DNA of 64,000 nt, from assembly GCA_965228855.1 (NCBI GenBank), contig CBDDIJ010000002.1, positions 192,001 through 256,000 on the forward strand, written 5' to 3'. How positions within the stretch are numbered: the first letter of the stretch is position 1; each line of letters begins with the position of its first letter. This stretch comes from Candidatus Obscuribacterales bacterium (lineage in GTDB: Bacteria; Cyanobacteriota; Vampirovibrionia; Obscuribacterales; Obscuribacteraceae). The position numbers were made by a program, and so were the translations under genes. Under the pieces are notes generated by a model that ran no database searches, was not told where the DNA came from, and saw only the letters and a list, made by a program, of their open reading frames with translations. This document shows positions 1-10,107 of the stretch, in pieces.

Positions 1-345
1 TGCTTTCAAAACGCTTGCCAAGTAGAAACATCGCAAACCCTCTCCCCGTCCCAAAGAAACACATCGAAACAGTACCCTTCACAAACCGCAACAACCATCA
101 CACCTTGATCACATTTGGGCGCAGATGTATACCAATTCCGTTCAAACAGCAGCATTCACACGAAATCCAAGGCGACCCAACAAAAACAAAAACACTTACC
201 AGCGCCAACACAACAAAAACACCACCAGCGACAAACGCTGAACCGTAGTGATGTGCTTTCGTCCGACCATGCGTCTTTCCTGATGCGTGACGGTTAACTG
301 TGGAACGAAGAATCAAATCTAGAACAACGAAAGGATGATCTTCCA

Positions 346-1401
346 ATGACTCCCGAAAATCGCGCCGCTGAGATCTTCTACGATCTTCACCGACCCCTGT
401 TCGAGAGCCTTCTCCTCACTGTCAGTAGCGATGAGCAGCGCTGGGCCCACCGCATCAAAACCTTCGAGTCCGCCGGGCTTCTCGACTTTCATACGGCTTC
501 CACTCTGAAGCCCAAGCCCGTCATCGACCAGTACGTTGAAGATGAGAATGGTGAACGTATCTACGCCTTCCGCGAGAGCCAGCTCGACCAGCCCAAGTGG
601 AAGCGCTCGTTCATCCGCAAGGTGAAGGCTCCTCGCCCGTCCAAGTGGACGCGTCACCGCCTCCAGCTTCACCGTGACCAGGTCCAAGACCCCAAGTATC
701 GCGAAGACATCGCCAAGGTGCTCGCGTATAAGTGGGCAAACCATCTGGAGCCGGAAAACGTCGACGTCATGTACATGAAGCTCATGGACGTGGCGGCTCT
801 CGAGCACATTCTCGACCGTTTCCCGAGCAATCAGATCAATACGGCGAACGTCAACGACTTCCTTCTGCGCCGCTTCGCCAATGAGCTTCTCGACAAGAAC
901 GAGAAGTTCCAGGCTTTGATGGATCGCATGAAGGCCGAAATCGCTCCGATCAAAGAGCAGGTCTATGCCGAGATCCGGCAGATCACCGCTCGCATTCGGG
1001 CCGAATCCGACGCCGCTTTCGCCGCCATCATTGCCGAGTCTCAGCGTCGCGCAGACATCGCGATTGCGGAGATTCGCGCTCGGGCTGCCGCTCGGGCTGA
1101 GCAAGACGCGGCTTTCGCGGCTACGATGGTCCAGTCGGACGAAGACCCGGAGGTCGCGTTCCGTCGCACCGTCGATGCCAGCATCGCCCGTGAGAAGGAA
1201 GAGCGCAAGCGTCAGGCACGCCTCCGGCGCTCCACGCCTGGCGGCTTCACGCTCTGGCTGATGTCGCGTGCCGCTATGGTGGCAGTGCCGGTCGGTCTCG
1301 CCTTCTTCATGGAGTTCGGCGAGGGCGGAACGACGCTGGTCGAGTTCCTTACCGAGTGGTGGCATTCCTTCTATGGTCATGGGGAAGCCGAACCCGCTTG
1401 A
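346..1401 (+). CDS. hypothetical protein, helical/coiled-coil middle and C-terminal hydrophobic segment
   Basis: 351-aa ORF; AAGGA upstream; strong C/G-ending codon bias; no recognised family motif. Confidence 0.75.
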   Translation: MTPENRAAEIFYDLHRPLFESLLLTVSSDEQRWAHRIKTFESAGLLDFHTASTLKPKPVIDQYVEDENGERIYAFRESQLDQPKWKRSFIRKVKAPRPSKWTRHRLQLHRDQVQDPKYREDIAKVLAYKWANHLEPENVDVMYMKLMDVAALEHILDRFPSNQINTANVNDFLLRRFANELLDKNEKFQALMDRMKAEIAPIKEQVYAEIRQITARIRAESDAAFAAIIAESQRRADIAIAEIRARAAARAEQDAAFAATMVQSDEDPEVAFRRTVDASIAREKEERKRQARLRRSTPGGFTLWLMSRAAMVAVPVGLAFFMEFGEGGTTLVEFLTEWWHSFYGHGEAEPA

Positions 1402-1535
1402 GTAAGTAGATATAAGTAAAGCCCGGTCACAACGCAATGAGAAGCCGGCAAACGGTGTCAGAGCAGGTGCAAACCTGACCTGACACCCAACTATAGAAGG
1501 AGCACCATCTTCGCTCCTTCGAACTCAAACCCTAT

Positions 1536-1650
1536 CTACTAAATGCGATAGTCTGCACAACCGAGACAGCACAAGCATCGGCGGGAAAATGCCCCCTACT
1601 AAATGCGATAGTCTTCGTGATCGAGATACTGCAAGCATCGGCGCAAAATG
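1536..1650 (+). repeat. two imperfect 60-bp direct repeats beginning CTACTAAATGCGATAGTCT
   Basis: Copies start at 1536 and 1596; both also contain CAAGCATCGGCG. Confidence 0.85.
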
Positions 1651-1670
1651 AACCCTATTTTGACCCACCA

Positions 1671-1724
1671 TTGTCTACGGCTCGTTGCCGCTTTTCGGAA
1701 AATCCGGCATCGAGGGATAGACAA
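1671..1724. repeat. 54-bp dispersed palindromic element, copy 1
   Basis: tt-GTCTA-cggctcg-TTGCC-N16-GGCAT-cgaggga-TAGAC-aa. Confidence 0.85.
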
Positions 1725-2053
1725 ACGGCTGTTTTGGGACCCTCTCGGAAGTTGGAGAAATCTCGAAATCCTCTATAGAAGAGCAGTTTCGGTGAAAGAT
1801 AGATACTGTCTTTTATAGTAGGCAAGATTTAAAAAAAATCCGAGCACGCGGCATACCGAAATTCCCGTTTGTTCAACAGGAAATTGGTATACCGCGTGCC
1901 GGACAGACTGACTCAAATGAATTATGTATGAGGCAGAAGCCAACCAGAATTCGAAGGCGGAATTCTGGTCGGCAGTTCCTGAGGTTTTCTCAGCGGTCAG
2001 TGGTCAAACTATTGCCTTCGTTTGAACCTTAACCGTCGCAGGCGCCGAGGCGC

Positions 2054-2296
2054 TTACTTCGTGGCCGGAGCCGCGGTGTCTTCCTCGCTCTCGCTGACGG
2101 ACAGGCCGACGGTGGCGGCGAGGCTCGTCTTGCGGGTCTTCGTGCCTTCCTTCACCGTCGTGGCGAGGGTGGAGGTCACGGTGACTTCGCGGTTGGAGGC
2201 GTCGCCGAGTTCGACCAGAGCCGCGTCATCGGCGGTCTTGCGGGCATCGGCGAGGCGGGCATCACGGGTGGCGTTCTTGGTGTTGGCGTTGGACAT
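2054..2296 (-). CDS. small hypothetical protein (Ala/Thr-rich)
   Basis: 80-aa ORF with AGGAG RBS and high-GC3 codon bias. Confidence 0.65.
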   Translation of the reverse strand: MSNANTKNATRDARLADARKTADDAALVELGDASNREVTVTSTLATTVKEGTKTRKTSLAATVGLSVSESEEDTAAPATK

Positions 2297-2980
2297 GGTC
2301 CAGTTCTCCTAGTGAGTGTTCAATTTGCGGTTTGAAACAGAACGATTCCGCACTCAATCAACAGATGACGAACGCAAAACCAACAGCCTGTGCCAGTTCA
2401 ACAAACCGATGAAGGTAGGTTGCTACAGTGGCGATAGTCGAAAAGTGACTTTGGCTGGGACTTGCGGACGAAACCTGATGAGAAAGTGAGGAAGAAAGGA
2501 ACGTCCTGAACGTAAAGGTTTCAATCCCTCTATGACAAGCGACCTGAAGACAAATTACCGGCGCGAGCAAAAGCGGCAACCACAGCCGCCGCAAGCGTTT
2601 CCAAGAGGAGGCTCTTTAAGTGACATACATTAATCCGACCAGTACTGATATAGCGCCACTAGCGCAACCTGCAATATCCCTAGACGGAGTTAATCTCCGC
2701 TCGCGCTAACTCTGGCGGCACTTTTCGGCGTTTTCTGTCACCCCGGTCGCAGAAATCGCAACCGGCCGACGCGAGTGGTTTCGTTCAGTTTGAACATAAG
2801 ATTAACTGCGCGAGATTGAGTGCCAGGTCGTCCAACTCATAGGCTTAAACAGCTAATTTGCTTCAACTGTTCAAGAACTCACAAGAAATAAACACCTTCC
2901 GCTGTCACTGAGTTCTCATTTTTAACCACCTCCTTCCTTCCCAATCGGGGAGGACCAGGCTAATTCGCCCAGGAAAAGCC

Positions 2981-5041
2981 ATGTCTAGAAACACCCAGCG
3001 CCGCCCAGTGCGTCGCGCCAAATATGCCTTTTCGATGGTGAAACGCTGGCTGCCGATGCCCGATGGCACGAAGCTCGCCGCCACCATCTACCTGCCCACC
3101 GCCCACAAGGAGGGTGAGCGTTTTCCTGTACTCCTCGAACTCCTGCCCTACCGGAAAGACGACACGTTCTTCCTGATGGACTACCCGACCTATTCGTACT
3201 TCGCCAGACACGGCTACATGACCGTGAAGGTGGACATTCGAGGCACGGGTGCATCGCAAGGCGTGACGCCGCCCCGCGAATACTCGGACATCGAGCTCGA
3301 CGACGCCGTCGAAATCATTCGGCAGCTCGCCGACATGCCCGAAGCCAACGGCAACGTCGCGATGTGGGGCATCTCCTGGAGCGGTTTCAACTCCATTCAG
3401 GTTGCGATGCGTCGACCGCCTCAACTGAAGGCGATCATCGCGATGCACGCATCCGACGACCTGTACCACGACGACATCCACTACGTGGACGGTGTGCTGC
3501 ACCTCGACCCGTACCACCTGTTCATCAACCACGAACTCGGTCTGCCGCGCACCCCGCACTACAAGCTCGATGAGGACTACTTCCTCAACCGCTTCGACCA
3601 GACGCCCTGGCTGCTCACTTACCTGTCACAGCAGGAGGACGGCGACTTCTGGCGTCGCAAGTCGTTGCGCTTCCAGGGCTACGACAAAATCAACATCCCG
3701 GTTTATCTGATCGGCGGTCTCAACGACGGCTACCGGGACACGGTGATTCGCATGCTGGAAAACCTTTCCGGTCCTGTGCGCGCGGAAATCGGTCCCTGGG
3801 GTCATTCGTCGCCCGACGACGGCGTTCCCGGTCCGAACTTCGAATGGCAGGATGAAGCCATGGAATGGCTTTCGCCGTGGCTCGCGCCTGAGCGGTCCAT
3901 CGCTGAAGCCAGAAATCGCGGTTCGTCGAGGTCTGCGAACAAGCGCAGGCTGATGACTTTCGTGCGCGACGGTCATGAACCGGATCTCGACCAGACCGTT
4001 TCGCCCGGCACCTGGCGCGTGTTTGATTGGCCGGCAGCTGGTTCCAGCAAGCTGAAACTGTTTCTCGCCCCAGGCGGGAAGCTGGTCAATCGCTTCTTGA
4101 ACCATCAGGGACGAAACAGACTCGCATCCATCGACACCCATACCGCCACCGCCAGCAGTGGCACCGCCGCTGGTTGGTGGTGGGGCGAAACGACAGCGGA
4201 CATGCGCAACGACGACAGCGAATCACTCGTCTACGACAAGCTCGTGGATAAACCGATTCAAATCGTCGGTCTCCCGGAAGTGGGTCTGCGCGTTTCCAGT
4301 AAGAACGTCCGCGCCAACTGGTCGCTGCGTTTGGAAGATGTTTCGCCCACGGGAAAGGTGACGCTGGTGACAGGCGCACTGATCAACGGAGCGCATCTTA
4401 TCGAGCGACTTGGCGCGAGCGAACTCGAGCCGGGTAAAGTCTACGACCTGAGTACGAAGCTCCACTTCACCACGTGGACGTTCCAGAAGGGACATCGAAT
4501 CCGTCTGGCAGTTTCCAACGCTCAGTTCCCCATGGCGTGGCCGTCGGCAGACGTGGTTGAAACCTCCGTTCACACCGGGGGCGCAGCATCGACACTGACA
4601 CTACCGACGGTGCCCTTCGGTAGTGGTTCGCAACCCACGCTGCCGCGCGTGGCGCGCAAACGCTACAGCCCGTATGGAGAGGATGTGTGGTTGGAAGATG
4701 GAAAACCTGACAGTAAACGAGAGGTGATCCGTCGCGCAGACGGCAGCCTCTCTTTCTGCCTGGCAAGCCGTTCTGTCTATGATATTAAACGCCGTCGCTT
4801 CATTGTCGAAGGCAGCAACATCTGGACGACCAACGACAAAACTCCTGCAAAGTCGATGTACGAGGGCGAGATGCAAACCAGCATCATCACGGCTGCCCGC
4901 AAAATCGTGCTTAAGACGAACATAAAAGTAGAGTCGGACGAGAAAAACTTCACCGTCACAGTCACCCGCGAACTGCGCTGCAACGCCCGCAAAGTCCGCG
5001 CAAAAACCTGGACAAAAACAATCCCCCGCCGCCTCCACTAG
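2981..5041 (+). CDS. CocE/NonD family alpha/beta hydrolase (peptidase S15-like)
   Basis: PMPDGTKLAATIYLP, VDIRGTGASQG, nucleophile motif GISWSG, GPWGH, C-terminal RIRLAVSN domain. Confidence 0.9.
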   Translation: MSRNTQRRPVRRAKYAFSMVKRWLPMPDGTKLAATIYLPTAHKEGERFPVLLELLPYRKDDTFFLMDYPTYSYFARHGYMTVKVDIRGTGASQGVTPPREYSDIELDDAVEIIRQLADMPEANGNVAMWGISWSGFNSIQVAMRRPPQLKAIIAMHASDDLYHDDIHYVDGVLHLDPYHLFINHELGLPRTPHYKLDEDYFLNRFDQTPWLLTYLSQQEDGDFWRRKSLRFQGYDKINIPVYLIGGLNDGYRDTVIRMLENLSGPVRAEIGPWGHSSPDDGVPGPNFEWQDEAMEWLSPWLAPERSIAEARNRGSSRSANKRRLMTFVRDGHEPDLDQTVSPGTWRVFDWPAAGSSKLKLFLAPGGKLVNRFLNHQGRNRLASIDTHTATASSGTAAGWWWGETTADMRNDDSESLVYDKLVDKPIQIVGLPEVGLRVSSKNVRANWSLRLEDVSPTGKVTLVTGALINGAHLIERLGASELEPGKVYDLSTKLHFTTWTFQKGHRIRLAVSNAQFPMAWPSADVVETSVHTGGAASTLTLPTVPFGSGSQPTLPRVARKRYSPYGEDVWLEDGKPDSKREVIRRADGSLSFCLASRSVYDIKRRRFIVEGSNIWTTNDKTPAKSMYEGEMQTSIITAARKIVLKTNIKVESDEKNFTVTVTRELRCNARKVRAKTWTKTIPRRLH

Positions 5042-5188
5042 CTTCCCGCCAGTCGGTCCCTCCCCGGGACCCTCTGGTCTCCCGAATTTGCCTACTATAT
5101 GTTTACGTATCTCCGTAAGCCCGAGAATCGTTACGGTGTCGGTGTTCAGAGTCCTTCAAAACTTAAAAGAACACGAAAATTCCCAGAC

Positions 5189-5206
5189 TTGGCTACGTGG
5201 CTATGA
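5189..5206. repeat. left part of 54-bp element copy 2, split by the IS110 (remainder 6472-6507)
   Basis: Joining 5189-5206 to 6472-6507 restores tt-GGCTA-cgtggct-ATGAC-gcaatttcgaaattcc-GTCAT-cgaggga-TAGCC-aa. Confidence 0.85.
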
Positions 5207-5222
5207 GATAGTGTGTTCGCTG

Positions 5223-6188
5223 TCAACAATGAACGCTTAGATGATTGGGATTAAATGGTGTCTTTGTCCTGTAGATCGCCATCATGATGCGAAGTAGCTT
5301 GCGCATGGCGGCGCACAAGATGACTTTCCTTGGTTTGCACTTCTCTGCCAACTTTGTCGCGAATTTTTGAATGGCAGGGTTTGATCGAACTGCGCTCAGA
5401 GACGCCATGTAGAAAACTTTCCGGAGGCGCTTGCAGCCTTTCTTAGACATCTTCGGACGCCCTCGAACAGAAGTTCCAGACTCGCGCAATTCCGGAGTCA
5501 AGCCGCAGTAGCTCTCGACTTCTCTCAACGACTCGAAGGAATCCAAGCCGGAAATTTCCGTGAGAAACGTGAGTGCCGAGATCAAACCGACTCCAGGGAT
5601 GGTTTGCAGTAAGGCGAGATCGTTCTGAAATTGCGGTTCGGACTTGATCAAGAGGTCTCGAGCCTGTTCCAGCAGCAAAATCTCATTGTTGATGAATTCG
5701 ATTTGCCGCTGAAGCGAGATACTCACAGGTTCGTCGAGCCGACCGGACTCGGTACGATTCACGGTTCTGGTTCGGTCGGTTTTGAGCGCATCAATGTGAC
5801 GCTCAATGTTGCGAATCTTCCGGACCACGTCCGGGAGGGGCGTCCAGGTCTTCGGTTGAATCAGTTTGCAAAACTGTGCGATTACCTCGGCATCAATTGC
5901 GTCCGTCTTTGAACGCTTCAACAGGCTTTTGCCAAAGTTTTTGATCTGAACAGGATTGACGACGCTGACGGCAAAACCTTTGTCGCAGAAGTATTCTGCG
6001 AGTGGCTCCCAGAGCTTTCCAGTGGCCTCCATGCAAATTTGTACTTCGCTTTCGGTGTGCTGATTCAGCCACTTCTCAATTCGCCGAAATCCGCTGTCAG
6101 AGTTGTCAGCGTGCAACTTCCGCCCTCGTTCCGAGAGCAGATAGCAATCCACAGTCTCTTTAGAGATGTCTATCCCAAGTGATATCAC
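5223..6188 (-). CDS. IS110 family transposase / bridge recombinase
   Basis: RuvC-like DEDD residues (GIDISK, CMEATG, KTDAIDA), TIPGVG, and RESGTS with the catalytic Ser; GGAGG RBS. Confidence 0.95.
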   Translation of the reverse strand: MISLGIDISKETVDCYLLSERGRKLHADNSDSGFRRIEKWLNQHTESEVQICMEATGKLWEPLAEYFCDKGFAVSVVNPVQIKNFGKSLLKRSKTDAIDAEVIAQFCKLIQPKTWTPLPDVVRKIRNIERHIDALKTDRTRTVNRTESGRLDEPVSISLQRQIEFINNEILLLEQARDLLIKSEPQFQNDLALLQTIPGVGLISALTFLTEISGLDSFESLREVESYCGLTPELRESGTSVRGRPKMSKKGCKRLRKVFYMASLSAVRSNPAIQKFATKLAEKCKPRKVILCAAMRKLLRIMMAIYRTKTPFNPNHLSVHC

Positions 6189-6224
6189 GATGCGCCTCCA
6201 TTTAGACTTGCCAACCTACACAGG

Positions 6225-6440
6225 ACGCGGATAGAATCTTGTCAGGGCGAGCCTTGTACGCATGCTAAATCGTTCTAGGATTTGCATCTGATAGTGTTCA
6301 GCCTCAGAGGACAAGACAGAAACGGAAGTCCAAACCTCATAGCCTGACTTCGCGGTCATACGCATTTTCCTGGTTTCTTCCGTTTCTCTATCCTCGCGTC
6401 CTCGGATAGCCTTGCCGACAGCAGGACCTGGTGTCAATTG
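6225..6440 (-). ncRNA. predicted bridge RNA in the IS110 left end (ends approximate)
   Basis: Minus-strand order: GAAAATGCGT (6369-6360, left target), GGCTATGAG (6344-6336, right target), ACACTATC (6297-6290, left donor), CGTACAAG (6260-6253, right donor). Confidence 0.8.
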
Positions 6441-6617
6441 ATTGGGTCTGCTGTCAATCTCTAACGTACAACGCAATTTCGAAATTCCGTCATCGAGGGA
6501 TAGCCAAGAACCCACCTCTCGGATCGAATCCGTCTATCAGGTTCCGGCTTCGCGAAATTCCATAATGGCGAAGACTCTGACCAAGTTCAATTGCTACGCA
6601 ACATCCAACCCGCGATC

Positions 6618-8396
6618 TCACTTCGGGATCGAAAACCAAAACGTACTGCCCTTGCCGACTTCGCTTTCGACACCAATTGCGCCACCATGCTGTTCGACAA
6701 TCGCTTTACTAATCGCCAGTCCCAATCCAGTTCCGCTGCGGTTTTCCTCGCCCTCCGGCGCCTGCTTGAACCTGTCAAAAATAGTGCGGAGATACTCCGC
6801 CGCAATTCCACAACCCTCATCAGCGATCCTGAGAGAAACCGCCTCACCAAGCTCCTCTACAGAAACTCTCACGGTGCCGCCATCAGGAGAAAACTTGACC
6901 GCGTTTGAAACCAGATTTACCAGAACCTGAACAACCCGGTCTCCATCTACATTTAGAACCAGTGGTGTCGTCGGCGCCACCACCTTAACGTTCTTCTCGG
7001 CTGCCATCGCAGAGCACGCACCAACCGTCTGATCGAGCAGGTGCTGAACGTTTTGCTCCGACCTCCGCAACTTCATATGTCCAGATTCCAATCGATCTAT
7101 ATCCAGCAAATCGCAAATCAGCTTGACTAAGCGATCGATGCTTTTGCCCATCTGCGACAATCGTTCCCGACCCGACTGATTCAACTCGCCGTAGATTCCA
7201 TCCTCGAGAAGCTCCAGATAGTTCTGCACCGACGTGAGCGGTGTCCGCAAATCATGGCTCACCATTGAAACAAAGTCTTGCTTCATCCGCTCCAACTGCT
7301 TGCGATCGGTAATATTGTGCGCGACGCAAAAGTACGATCCATCAGTCTCTGACCAGGTTACCGACCAGAGCGTATCAACCACAGTGCCGTCCTCACGCAG
7401 CATCCTGTTCTCAAAGGACTTACTAGTCCTTTCAGAACGCGCCTGTTCAAGCTCCTTAACAGTAGCTTCACGCTCGTCAGCGACGATGTACTTAACGTAA
7501 TGCGCCCCCAGTAAGTCATCCGCATCCCTTCCGAGAAGCTCTGCCGAAGCCGGATTCACACGTTCCAGGACGCCTGACTTACTGATTGAAAAGATCATAT
7601 CCGCAGTATTGTCCACGACCGCGCGCTCGCGCATCGAAGCCAGCGTCAGCGCTTCAGCCATCTCCCTGAATGTGTGGTCGAGATGCGCAAGCTCATCATT
7701 ACCTTTAATTGGAGGACTGAGCGGCAAACCACGAGCAAGCCTAACGGTGTTATCCATGAGAACTGAGAGCCTTCCGGTCAATTCGCGAATGACTACGACA
7801 ACAACGACAAATGCGATCACCGTATTCAATACCACACCAATGAACAACCAGCTTTGAATTCGCTTTCGCTGCTCCGTCTGAACCTTCGGATAGAGCTCCT
7901 CCGCCTTGCGTTCCTCTTCTAGAATTTTGTCGAGCTCTTTGGTTAGATTTCCGAAAATTTGCTGCGCCCTGTCCTTGGTCGCGAGGATGCCTTCGTCGCG
8001 TAAAATCCGCTTCAACACTCGAAGTTGATCGGCGCCGTCGCGCATCAATTTCTGCGCACGCTCAAAGTGCTCACGAGCAGCGGGATAATCAGCCAGCGCT
8101 TTGGTTAATATGCGCTCCTCTTTTTCAATTTTCTCGCGCGCCCTGGCATCGCGCTCCGCTCGTTTCTCCTTATCCGCAGCGATGGTGAAACCGGCACCAG
8201 CTGTGGCATTATCAAGAAGAATTCTATGGACTTCGTTGACGTGCGTGATAATCGAACGCGCAATGAATTCGTTCTGGCGCTCCCGCTCGGCTTCTGCAAG
8301 AAGATTGCTGAGAACCAACACAAAGCAAAATTCAAACACCAGTGGCAGTACCACTAGAATCAGCATCTTGTGAGAAAGCTTCAGACCTTTTGCCAT
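6618..8396 (-). CDS. membrane sensor histidine kinase (2 TM, HAMP, PAS, HisKA, HATPase)
   Basis: SHDLRTPL H-box, NLVSNAVKF, DEGCGI, GTGLGLAI, GKGSTF. Confidence 0.95.
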   Translation of the reverse strand: MAKGLKLSHKMLILVVLPLVFEFCFVLVLSNLLAEAERERQNEFIARSIITHVNEVHRILLDNATAGAGFTIAADKEKRAERDARAREKIEKEERILTKALADYPAAREHFERAQKLMRDGADQLRVLKRILRDEGILATKDRAQQIFGNLTKELDKILEEERKAEELYPKVQTEQRKRIQSWLFIGVVLNTVIAFVVVVVVIRELTGRLSVLMDNTVRLARGLPLSPPIKGNDELAHLDHTFREMAEALTLASMRERAVVDNTADMIFSISKSGVLERVNPASAELLGRDADDLLGAHYVKYIVADEREATVKELEQARSERTSKSFENRMLREDGTVVDTLWSVTWSETDGSYFCVAHNITDRKQLERMKQDFVSMVSHDLRTPLTSVQNYLELLEDGIYGELNQSGRERLSQMGKSIDRLVKLICDLLDIDRLESGHMKLRRSEQNVQHLLDQTVGACSAMAAEKNVKVVAPTTPLVLNVDGDRVVQVLVNLVSNAVKFSPDGGTVRVSVEELGEAVSLRIADEGCGIAAEYLRTIFDRFKQAPEGEENRSGTGLGLAISKAIVEQHGGAIGVESEVGKGSTFWFSIPK

Positions 8397-8698
8397 ATGG
8401 TCATCTACTAAGTTATCGCGCGCGACGAAGACAACACAATCTTATACAGTGTCCAGCAATAACTCAATCAGTTTAATAGCAAAACGCCGAAACGCCGCTC
8501 AGACCAAAGCGAACAAAAGTTGTCACACCTTCGCCACAATTCCTGCTTATCGTACTCGCAAGCGGTTTAAACGCCCACAGACTCGATTTCCACTTGTCTG
8601 TTTTATAAACACTATTTACTACTTCAAGACTAAACTGATTGCAGAGCTTGCCCCTGCTCGCTCCAGGGCGTTCTCTCCTTCTTCCGGAGGATTATCTT

Positions 8699-9979
8699 AT
8701 GCTGCACACACGCGAGGTCGATAACTCAGGACCGACTGAAAGTCCTCTCAGACAAGTTGCATCGGAGGCTTACAGACCCGAATCCCGCGAAATCTTTGCT
8801 AACAAGCTTACTCAGACATCCTGCCAGAACGAACGAATGAGCGACGACGCGCTCAACACGTTTTTCAAATCAAATCTTGATACCAGCCAATTGTATAAGA
8901 CCTGCGAAAAACCGCGTGAACGGCACGCTCCGAACGAGGGACAATGTGAGAACAGAAAGGCGTTCAACAGTTTTGAGACCGGCACCGATCAATACAAAAA
9001 CACTTCCCGGCACCTCAGAGAAGCGCTCACAGCCTTGAACTCAGATAATCCGACCAAGGCGCTCAAGGAACTCGGGACCAGTAAACAATGCCTGGATACC
9101 GGCAATGAGGATATCAAAAACGGTTTAAAGCAACATGAGGGAACACGCGGCGAATGCCCAATTCAACGAGGGCTTGAGCGAGCTCAGAAAAACGATTTTG
9201 CGATTAACGCCGCGACTGAATTGATCAAGGGCGGTTGCGCAGAGGATGCGAAACACGTGATCCGTGATGCAATCAAGCGAATGAACGGTGCGACTTCAGA
9301 GGTCGATGAAGGCGTCCACAACCTGCGCGCTTCGGAAGAGTCGGCTTTCACACCGCGTAGCAATGAGTCTAGAACCCGAGGCGACGGAGACAGCTCTGAC
9401 CGCATAAGCTACCGCCCGTATGAGGGTCAGGAGAGACCGTTCATCAAGCCCGGTGAATTTGTGATCGCTCTCGTGAGTGGCTCCGCTGCAGGTCTGAGCA
9501 ACTCTGCCAACTTACTAGGACGACTTCTCGGCGGCGGAGGTTTCGGAGAAAGCTACCGAAACGACTCCCAGAGCGGCTCGCGCAACAGTTTCAATCTGAT
9601 GGATCCGCTCGGGTTGTTCAACAACTTTGACAGAACAAGCGGAAACGGACAGGGAGACGGACTTTCCAGTACACTTCAAAACCTGCTCAGACCGCCAGGC
9701 ATCCTCGGCGGCGGAAACGGAAGCTTGCTCGACTCGCTGCCGAAGCCACCCGACCCGCTCGGCGTCCTCGGTGGAGAAAACGGAAGTCTGCTCGACTCAC
9801 TGCCTAAACCGCCGGATCCACTGGGCATCCTCGGTGGTGGCGACTCCGGTTTCGGAAACCTCTTGCCCAAGAATCCACTTGAGGCTGCAACCAAACCGCT
9901 CGAACTGGCTTCTAAACCTTTGGAGCTAGCGACCAAGCCCCTAGAACCGCTGAAGAAACTGTTCAAAAAACTGTTCTAA
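8699..9979 (+). CDS. hypothetical protein with Gly/Leu/Pro-rich C-terminal repeats
   Basis: ATG 8699 after GGAGG; repeats GxLGGxNGSLLDSLPKPPDPL x2 and A(T/S)KPLE x3. Confidence 0.75.
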   Translation: MLHTREVDNSGPTESPLRQVASEAYRPESREIFANKLTQTSCQNERMSDDALNTFFKSNLDTSQLYKTCEKPRERHAPNEGQCENRKAFNSFETGTDQYKNTSRHLREALTALNSDNPTKALKELGTSKQCLDTGNEDIKNGLKQHEGTRGECPIQRGLERAQKNDFAINAATELIKGGCAEDAKHVIRDAIKRMNGATSEVDEGVHNLRASEESAFTPRSNESRTRGDGDSSDRISYRPYEGQERPFIKPGEFVIALVSGSAAGLSNSANLLGRLLGGGGFGESYRNDSQSGSRNSFNLMDPLGLFNNFDRTSGNGQGDGLSSTLQNLLRPPGILGGGNGSLLDSLPKPPDPLGVLGGENGSLLDSLPKPPDPLGILGGGDSGFGNLLPKNPLEAATKPLELASKPLELATKPLEPLKKLFKKLF

Positions 9980-10107
9980 ACACCAGAGCTTTTCCCCCGA
10001 GCACAGAAACGCATGCAGGAGTTTCGCCAACGCGAGACTCCTTCGTGTTTCTGTTCAAATTATTTGACTGAGTTTCCAAATTCGAGAAATCGGGTTTGAG
10101 AATATTT

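Larger units (their letters stand above)
5207..6471 (-). mobile_element. IS110-family insertion sequence (IS621-like layout: long left end, short right end)
   Basis: Boundaries set by the interrupted 54-bp element and by matches of both junctions to internal guide sequences; no terminal inverted repeats seen. Confidence 0.9.

Noticed and set aside
6561..6568. CATAATGG as the right-hand octamer of the IS-split element
   Set aside because: Only a 5/8 match and ~88 bp from the reconstructed centre, outside the three spacing classes; TATGGTAG at 31069 is excluded for the same spacing reason.
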